Shown here in pieces: positions 58,779 to 64,000 of a stretch of 64,000 bases of DNA (the stretch's first letter is position 1; each line of letters opens with the position of its first letter). The DNA is taken from contig JAYPJF010000001.1 in NCBI GenBank assembly GCA_038128225.1, positions 168,092 through 232,091 of the forward strand, in the 5' to 3' direction. The DNA is from a bacterium (GTDB lineage: Bacteria > Patescibacteriota > Minisyncoccia > Phycocordibacterales > UBA2100). Position numbers and translations under genes: made by a program. A model generated the notes under the pieces. That model made no database searches and was not told the DNA's origin. It saw only the letters and a list, made by a program, of their open reading frames with translations.

Positions 58779-61131
58779 AAAACGTCCTCGCATAGTGCTT
58801 CTTGATGCGCACGCCGTCATTCATCGCGCGTATCATGCGCTTCCGGAATTTACCTCAAGCAGCGGAGAGCCAACAGGAGCGTTGTTCGGCCTCTGTTCAA
58901 TGATGATCAAAATCATCCAAGATTTAAAACCTGAGTACATCGTGGCATGTATTGATTTGCCGGATAAAACGCATCGGCACGATATATATGAAGAATACAA
59001 AGGGACGCGTGCAAAAACAGATAATGCACTTGTTGCTCAGTTGATACAAGCGCCGCGTGTATTCGAAGCTTTTGGCATCCCAGTGTACTCAGCAAAAGGA
59101 TTTGAAGCTGATGACTGTTTGGGAACGATCGTGGCACAACTCAAGCAAGAACCACTCGATATAGTTATAGCTTCGGGTGATTTGGACACACTCCAGCTTG
59201 TTTCCGGGGATCGGGTCCAAGTACTTACACTCAGAAAAGGCCTGTCGGATACAGTTATGTACGACGAGCGCGCAGTTTTTGAGCGGTATGGTTTTGGCCC
59301 CGCACTCATCCCCGACTATAAAGGTTTGCGCGGAGACCCATCGGATAATATTAAAGGCGTTAAAGGAATTGGGGAGAAAGCGGCAACGGAACTAGTTCAA
59401 AAAATTGGCACTATTGAAGCGATTTACAAAGCACTTTCGCGCGAAGAGACCTTGCTAAAAAAAGGATTTAAGCCTCGCGTCATTGAATTACTGCGTGAAG
59501 GAGAAGATGATGCGGTGTTTTCAAAATTGCTCGCGACAATACGGACCGACGCCCCGATCACTTTTACGCTCCCGAAAAAACAATGGACAGAGAGTATACA
59601 TCACGACGCGTTGTTTGGTCTGTTTGACGAGCTTGAGTTCCGGTCGCTTTCTGCGCGCGCGCGGACACTTTTCTCTGCGACGGCAGCACTACCCATACAA
59701 ACAGAGACTGTTACCGAAGCGCACGATATCCAGACAAGCAAAGAGGCGTGTGTTGCGCTCTGGGTGCTGTCTTCTGATATGACAAACCCAACCATCGAAG
59801 ATGTATTTCGTTTCACCAAAACACAAAAACTAACAGAGGCGCATCGGATACTGATGGAACAGTTGAGACACACAGGACGTTTGTGGGATGTGTTCAACAC
59901 AATCGAACGCCCTCTTATTGCGATTACTGAGCGCATGCACGCCGATGGGGTGGGTGTAGATACCGAGGCGCTCAGCATTTTGTCAAAAAAATATCACGAA
60001 GTGCTTGATCGTACATCAAAAAAGATTTATGAACTTGCGGGACACGAATTCAACATTAACTCACCCAAACAGCTTGGAGCAGTGTTGTTTGACGAGTTAC
60101 ACATAACTCCTAAACGACAAAAGAAAACAAGCACTGGCCAACGATCAACGCGCGAAGAGGAATTACAGAAACTCAAAGACGATCACCCGATCATTACGGA
60201 AATTCTTGCGTATCGCGAGCTACACAAACTTGTGTCAACGTATATTGATGCGCTGCCACGGTATGTGGTACGAGGTCGTCTTCATGCCGAGTTTCTTCAA
60301 ACAGGGGCGGCAACAGGGCGTATGGCATCACAAAATCCAGGTCTTCAAAATATTCCGATCAAAGGCGAGTACGGAAAAGAAATTCGCGATGCATTTGTGG
60401 CACGGCCCGGATCCCTGCTCGTGGCACTTGATTACTCACAAATTGAGTTACGAATCGCGGCAGGACTTTCGCACGATACAGTGCTTATGAATGTTTTTAA
60501 AGAAGGCGGCGACGTGCACCAATCTGTTGCAGCCGCAGTGTTTCAGGTTGTTCCGGAAATGGTTACCAAAGAGATGCGACGCCGAGCAAAAGTAATCAAC
60601 TTTGGCATCTTGTATGGTATGGGCGTAAACGCACTACGGTCTGCACTTGGCGAGGGGGTTTCGCGGGAGGAAGCGGCGCATTTTTTGAGCGAATATTTTA
60701 AGAAGTTTCCAGGACTTGCACGATATGTTGATGAAACAAAGCGGCGCGCAGCTGAACAGGGATATACAGAGACTTTTTTTGGTAGGCGGCGGTATTTTGG
60801 GGGGTTCTCTTCGCCGCTGCCACATATCCAAGCGGCAGCAGAACGTATGGCGATCAACGCGCCCATTCAAGGAACCCAAGCCGATATCATCAAACTCGCC
60901 ATGGTGCGCGCAGATGAATGGATCGAAGAAAAAAAATTGCGAGACGATATTAAACTAGTGCTTCAGATCCACGATGAATTAGTGTACGAAGTTACTGAGA
61001 CCAGAAAAGAGGAGGCCATCTCCACAATTCGCGAGATTATGGAATCAGTTGTCAGCGAAAGCGTGCTTGGAGTGCCAATTAAAGTTGATTGCATGGTAGG
61101 TCGGCAATGGGGCACAATGGAGCGATACTGA
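58765..61131 (+). CDS. polA: DNA polymerase I
   Basis: 5' nuclease domain and polymerase motifs (DYSQIELR, RRxAKxxNFGxxYG, QIHDE). Confidence 0.9.
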   Translation: MKQLKKRPRIVLLDAHAVIHRAYHALPEFTSSSGEPTGALFGLCSMMIKIIQDLKPEYIVACIDLPDKTHRHDIYEEYKGTRAKTDNALVAQLIQAPRVFEAFGIPVYSAKGFEADDCLGTIVAQLKQEPLDIVIASGDLDTLQLVSGDRVQVLTLRKGLSDTVMYDERAVFERYGFGPALIPDYKGLRGDPSDNIKGVKGIGEKAATELVQKIGTIEAIYKALSREETLLKKGFKPRVIELLREGEDDAVFSKLLATIRTDAPITFTLPKKQWTESIHHDALFGLFDELEFRSLSARARTLFSATAALPIQTETVTEAHDIQTSKEACVALWVLSSDMTNPTIEDVFRFTKTQKLTEAHRILMEQLRHTGRLWDVFNTIERPLIAITERMHADGVGVDTEALSILSKKYHEVLDRTSKKIYELAGHEFNINSPKQLGAVLFDELHITPKRQKKTSTGQRSTREEELQKLKDDHPIITEILAYRELHKLVSTYIDALPRYVVRGRLHAEFLQTGAATGRMASQNPGLQNIPIKGEYGKEIRDAFVARPGSLLVALDYSQIELRIAAGLSHDTVLMNVFKEGGDVHQSVAAAVFQVVPEMVTKEMRRRAKVINFGILYGMGVNALRSALGEGVSREEAAHFLSEYFKKFPGLARYVDETKRRAAEQGYTETFFGRRRYFGGFSSPLPHIQAAAERMAINAPIQGTQADIIKLAMVRADEWIEEKKLRDDIKLVLQIHDELVYEVTETRKEEAISTIREIMESVVSESVLGVPIKVDCMVGRQWGTMERY

Positions 61132-61133
61132 GT

Positions 61134-61772
61134 ATGTTGTATGTTTTTGTCGGGGACACGATCGCAAGAAATCGCGTGCACACGATTGTACAGGCGCTTA
61201 CTGCACGTGCGCCACACGCCTCAATTTCTACACTCGGCCCTTCAGATCCTATTACTGTAGAAGCGCTCTTTGGAGAACAGGGACTTTTTCACGCCAAAAG
61301 AATTATCGTGCTTGACAGTGTACTCGAAAGCGCCGACGCGGCGCTATTTCTCAAAAAAAACGCCGCAGACATGCGCGCGTCTCCACATGTATTTATTGTG
61401 CGCGAAGAACGGATGCCAAGCACGATACTCAAGGTACTTCAAAAACATGCTGACAAGATTGAGGAATTTCATCCAGTAAAGGCGCAGGCAAAACAAGACG
61501 ATGTGTTTGGTGTTGCGCGGGCGGTCGCGCAAGGCCAGGCTGAACGTGCGTGGATAGTGTATCGAGAGGCGCTTAAAAAAGGCGCAGCGCCGGAAGCGGT
61601 TCATGGTATGGTGTTTTGGCAGCTCAAACAACTCCTCCTTAAACCGGTTTCAATGTGGAAAAAAGAACGGATTGAACAAGCGCTTTCAGAATGCGCGGTA
61701 CTTCCATACAAAACACGCGCTCGAGGTGGTGATGTTGAGCATGCGCTCGAGACTTTCATTCTTTCACTCTAG
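61134..61772 (+). CDS. holA: DNA polymerase III delta subunit (short form)
   Basis: Translation reads MLYVFVGDT...LFGEQGLFHAKRIIVL. The assignment rests on position and weak motif similarity. Confidence 0.55.
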   Translation: MLYVFVGDTIARNRVHTIVQALTARAPHASISTLGPSDPITVEALFGEQGLFHAKRIIVLDSVLESADAALFLKKNAADMRASPHVFIVREERMPSTILKVLQKHADKIEEFHPVKAQAKQDDVFGVARAVAQGQAERAWIVYREALKKGAAPEAVHGMVFWQLKQLLLKPVSMWKKERIEQALSECAVLPYKTRARGGDVEHALETFILSL

Positions 61773-61795
61773 CGTGTGCATAACACGTTGCCGCT

Positions 61796-63196
61796 TTGTT
61801 GAGAGACGGCATACTGGTAGCAATGATTCGCATCGCGATAGCGCTCGTGTTCATCGTGAGTTTGCATAGCGGCATAGTAGTGCACGCACAGGCTCCGGGA
61901 GGCACGGTCGCCGTGTGTCCTGTTTGTGGCATACCCGATTATCCGCCGTGCCCGCCGTGTTATTCGCAGGGTTGTTTTGGTCAGTGTATGGCGCCCGGAG
62001 GTCCGAATATGTGTTTCGGTAAAGGGTGCAGCCAGGGTGATGGAACTACAGACAGCACCGCAGGCGGCATGCAGGCTCTCCAAGATCTTATCGGTAAAGT
62101 CTTACAAGGACTCGGAGGAGGGGGTGGTGGAGGAGGCGGGGGGATGCCGCCATCTTCTTTTGATCCATCATTATATGGACAAAAACAAGTTGATCCGAAT
62201 ACGACAGGCGCGCTTTTCGATGCGGCAAACAGCGTTTCATCAAATGACGTAAACGATTTGGGGAACACCGATAGATCACGAGACAGAGTAAACACATTAC
62301 TTAATGCGTTTGATGAAAAAAACGCAGCTGGCCAAGCGCAAAACACCGGTACTACAACAGAGAACGGTGGCGCCACGGATTCCGTAAAGAAAAATAGCCC
62401 GACCGAATACGAGAGTGTCGCCGACACAGTGCGGGGGCAAGCGCGTGTAAACGCTGAAGCAGAGGCGCGCGCTCAAAAAGAAGCAGAGGCGCGCCTGGCA
62501 GCTGAAAATGCACGTGATGCGCAGCGCGGGGGACTTGCCGGGATCATTGATGACCTTCTCACAAGCGGCAGAAAGTTTTTTGACAATGAGTTACTTATGA
62601 CACGCTCCACGTTTTTGGTGCGCCTGTGCACAAGCAAGCCGTGGGAGTCGAGTTTTCTTGCTCAGTTTTTCCCAAACACTTTTTTCCAAACATTGTGCGC
62701 GCGGCGCGGTGTTGAGACCCCTGCGTCTGAGACAACTACACACACAGGAGTGGCGCGACTTACGTGCACATCGGAAGTTTTTATAGGAGAACCAGCGACC
62801 ATTCAATGGGATTGTAGCGGATCAGTGAGTTCGAGTGATGAAATTCCTACGAATGGGGCCTCTTCAGGCTCGGTTGAATTGTTGCCTGAAGATTCGGAAA
62901 CATACAGACTTGCATGCGGTAACGGGGGCGTTACTTCGTGCGCGATCAATGTAAAGAAACCACGGGTACAACTCATCGCATATCCGGAACGAGTGCCACT
63001 AGGGGCGCGTGCAAAGATTTATTGGGTAAGCGAACATGCGGATGAGTGTGTTGTGCGTGGGCCAAGTTTTGAAGAGCGCGGCGTGCGTGGTGTGGCGACA
63101 ACCGCAGCGGTGCTTGATCGTGTCACGTTTACCGCGGTATGTACACGTGGCGGATATTCAGTCGAAGAGAACATTGTTGTCGATGTAGGCGAATAA
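61796..63196 (+). CDS. Secreted or N-anchored protein with a Cys/Pro-rich N-region, a (Gly)10 tract and a beta-rich C-domain. It is a paralog of the next ORF.
   Basis: Motifs CPVCGIPDYPPCPPCYSQGCFGQC and LGGGGGGGGGGM. It shares the block LCTSKPWESSFLAQFFP with the next gene (LCTNRPWANSFVTSIIP). Confidence 0.55.
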   Translation: MLRDGILVAMIRIAIALVFIVSLHSGIVVHAQAPGGTVAVCPVCGIPDYPPCPPCYSQGCFGQCMAPGGPNMCFGKGCSQGDGTTDSTAGGMQALQDLIGKVLQGLGGGGGGGGGGMPPSSFDPSLYGQKQVDPNTTGALFDAANSVSSNDVNDLGNTDRSRDRVNTLLNAFDEKNAAGQAQNTGTTTENGGATDSVKKNSPTEYESVADTVRGQARVNAEAEARAQKEAEARLAAENARDAQRGGLAGIIDDLLTSGRKFFDNELLMTRSTFLVRLCTSKPWESSFLAQFFPNTFFQTLCARRGVETPASETTTHTGVARLTCTSEVFIGEPATIQWDCSGSVSSSDEIPTNGASSGSVELLPEDSETYRLACGNGGVTSCAINVKKPRVQLIAYPERVPLGARAKIYWVSEHADECVVRGPSFEERGVRGVATTAAVLDRVTFTAVCTRGGYSVEENIVVDVGE

Positions 63197-63197
63197 T

Positions 63198-64000
63198 ATG
63201 AAGCCCGCACTTTTTTTGGTCATCAGCGCGCTTGTGTTTCCGTGTGCTGTGTTTGCAGTCGCTCCTCCTCCAGGAGCGTTGGGTGGCGGTAAACATCCAA
63301 AATGTGTTGCGTGGGTAAGATCAGGAGCAACGACACCTCCTCCGACATGTGAAGTGGAAGTTCCGAATGTTGGGAAAGGTGTCGGGGTCTGTGTTCAAGA
63401 AGAATGCAAAGGGACGGGCGCTACGGGTCTTGGTGACGGGGCCAGCGGGTCGCTTGGCGATCTCGGACTCGGTATTCTGGGACAGGTGGTACAACAAGTG
63501 CTTGGACAGCTTTTGCAACAAGCGCTCGGTGGGGCGCCGGGAGGATCAGGTGGCGGGGCTTTGGGGGGAGGAGCGTACTCGAGTTCAGGATCGGATACAA
63601 TCGATACCGGGGTAACTGATGCGATAAACCGAGCGCTTGATGATAAAGAATTAACTGAAGACGAGGGCAATTTTACTGATTTAGAAGGAGGTTCTTCGGC
63701 GAAGACTATTCTGGACAGTGTGTTTCAAGATCGTAAGGCAGAAAACGAGAGTGAACGAGTTTCTGAAAAAAGGGGCGACGCTCCCGGTTTTGGAGAAGGT
63801 GTAACTCAAGGATTGGTGGGCGGATCAGGTACACAGGCTAGTACTAGTGAACCACAGGCTACGCCAGAAACAACACAAAATAACTCATCGGCTGGTTTCT
63901 ATGGTTCTGCAGTTGCGGCTCAAGACGAAACAATTCTTGGCCGTTTATGCACCAATCGGCCGTGGGCAAATAGTTTTGTCACCAGTATTATTCCTGCATC
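63198..64000 (+). CDS. Paralogous secreted Gly-rich protein. It is partial and runs off the right edge of the window.
   Basis: Starts MKPALFLVISALVFPCAVFA and has no stop before the window end, so it is absent from the track. Confidence 0.5.
   Translation, partial: MKPALFLVISALVFPCAVFAVAPPPGALGGGKHPKCVAWVRSGATTPPPTCEVEVPNVGKGVGVCVQEECKGTGATGLGDGASGSLGDLGLGILGQVVQQVLGQLLQQALGGAPGGSGGGALGGGAYSSSGSDTIDTGVTDAINRALDDKELTEDEGNFTDLEGGSSAKTILDSVFQDRKAENESERVSEKRGDAPGFGEGVTQGLVGGSGTQASTSEPQATPETTQNNSSAGFYGSAVAAQDETILGRLCTNRPWANSFVTSIIPA

Noticed and set aside
1-64000. CRISPR arrays, diversity-generating retroelements, retrons, toxin-antitoxin pairs and insertion sequences
   Set aside because: Reading both strands found no regularly spaced direct repeats, reverse transcriptase, transposase or terminal inverted repeats. 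XerC/D looks chromosomal (dif-type) rather than element-borne.

Overview
This 64 kb window looks like the chromosome of a small-genome bacterium, compatible with a Patescibacteria/CPR-like organism. The evidence is compact housekeeping genes, mostly weak Shine-Dalgarno sites, tRNAs without encoded CCA, and about 48-50% GC with several GC-rich islets. Coding density is high.

Recognisable genes: gdh (partial), nusA, ppa, tig-clpP, rny, hup, a trypsin-like protease, corA, pyrB, an ABC exporter, yraN, cca, a Nudix hydrolase, xth, xerC/D, rpsO, a NYN-domain protein, pnp, a DksA/TraR-like protein, comM/yifB, an M23/LysM peptidase, pcrA/uvrD, rsmA, jag-yidC-rnpA-rpmH next to dnaA-dnaN (the origin region), PBP1A, ruvC-yebC-ruvB, a PilB/GspE ATPase, tsaE, polA and holA. 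Four tRNAs are present: Gly-TCC, Pro-TGG, Gly-GCC and Arg-TCG.

The standout feature is a co-directional cluster of about 12.6 kb (34245..46824) encoding a VirB4-like ATPase, a PrgI/VirB3-like protein, a VirB6/TrbL-like polytopic membrane protein, a pilin-like protein and several lineage-specific secreted proteins. This is a divergent type-IV-secretion-like apparatus lacking VirD4, a relaxase and VirB11.

Other oddities:
- In-frame stop codons interrupt two conserved genes: TGA at the conserved Gly of the ClpP C-terminus, and TAA splitting VirB4.
- An islet with compositional and att-like signatures of horizontal acquisition sits next to tRNA-Gly. It carries a tRNA 3'-end direct repeat, a GC-rich gene with a consensus promoter and structured leader, and two 6-Cys micro-ORFs each followed by its own terminator.
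- A consensus sigma70 promoter drives a roughly 225-nt non-coding structured region between ruvB and pilB.
- There are tandem paralogous Gly/Cys-rich secreted proteins with a (GGN)10 tract.
- A short DNA motif recurs around tRNA-Pro, yraN and xth.

All calls come from reading the sequence and translations by eye. No database searches were run.
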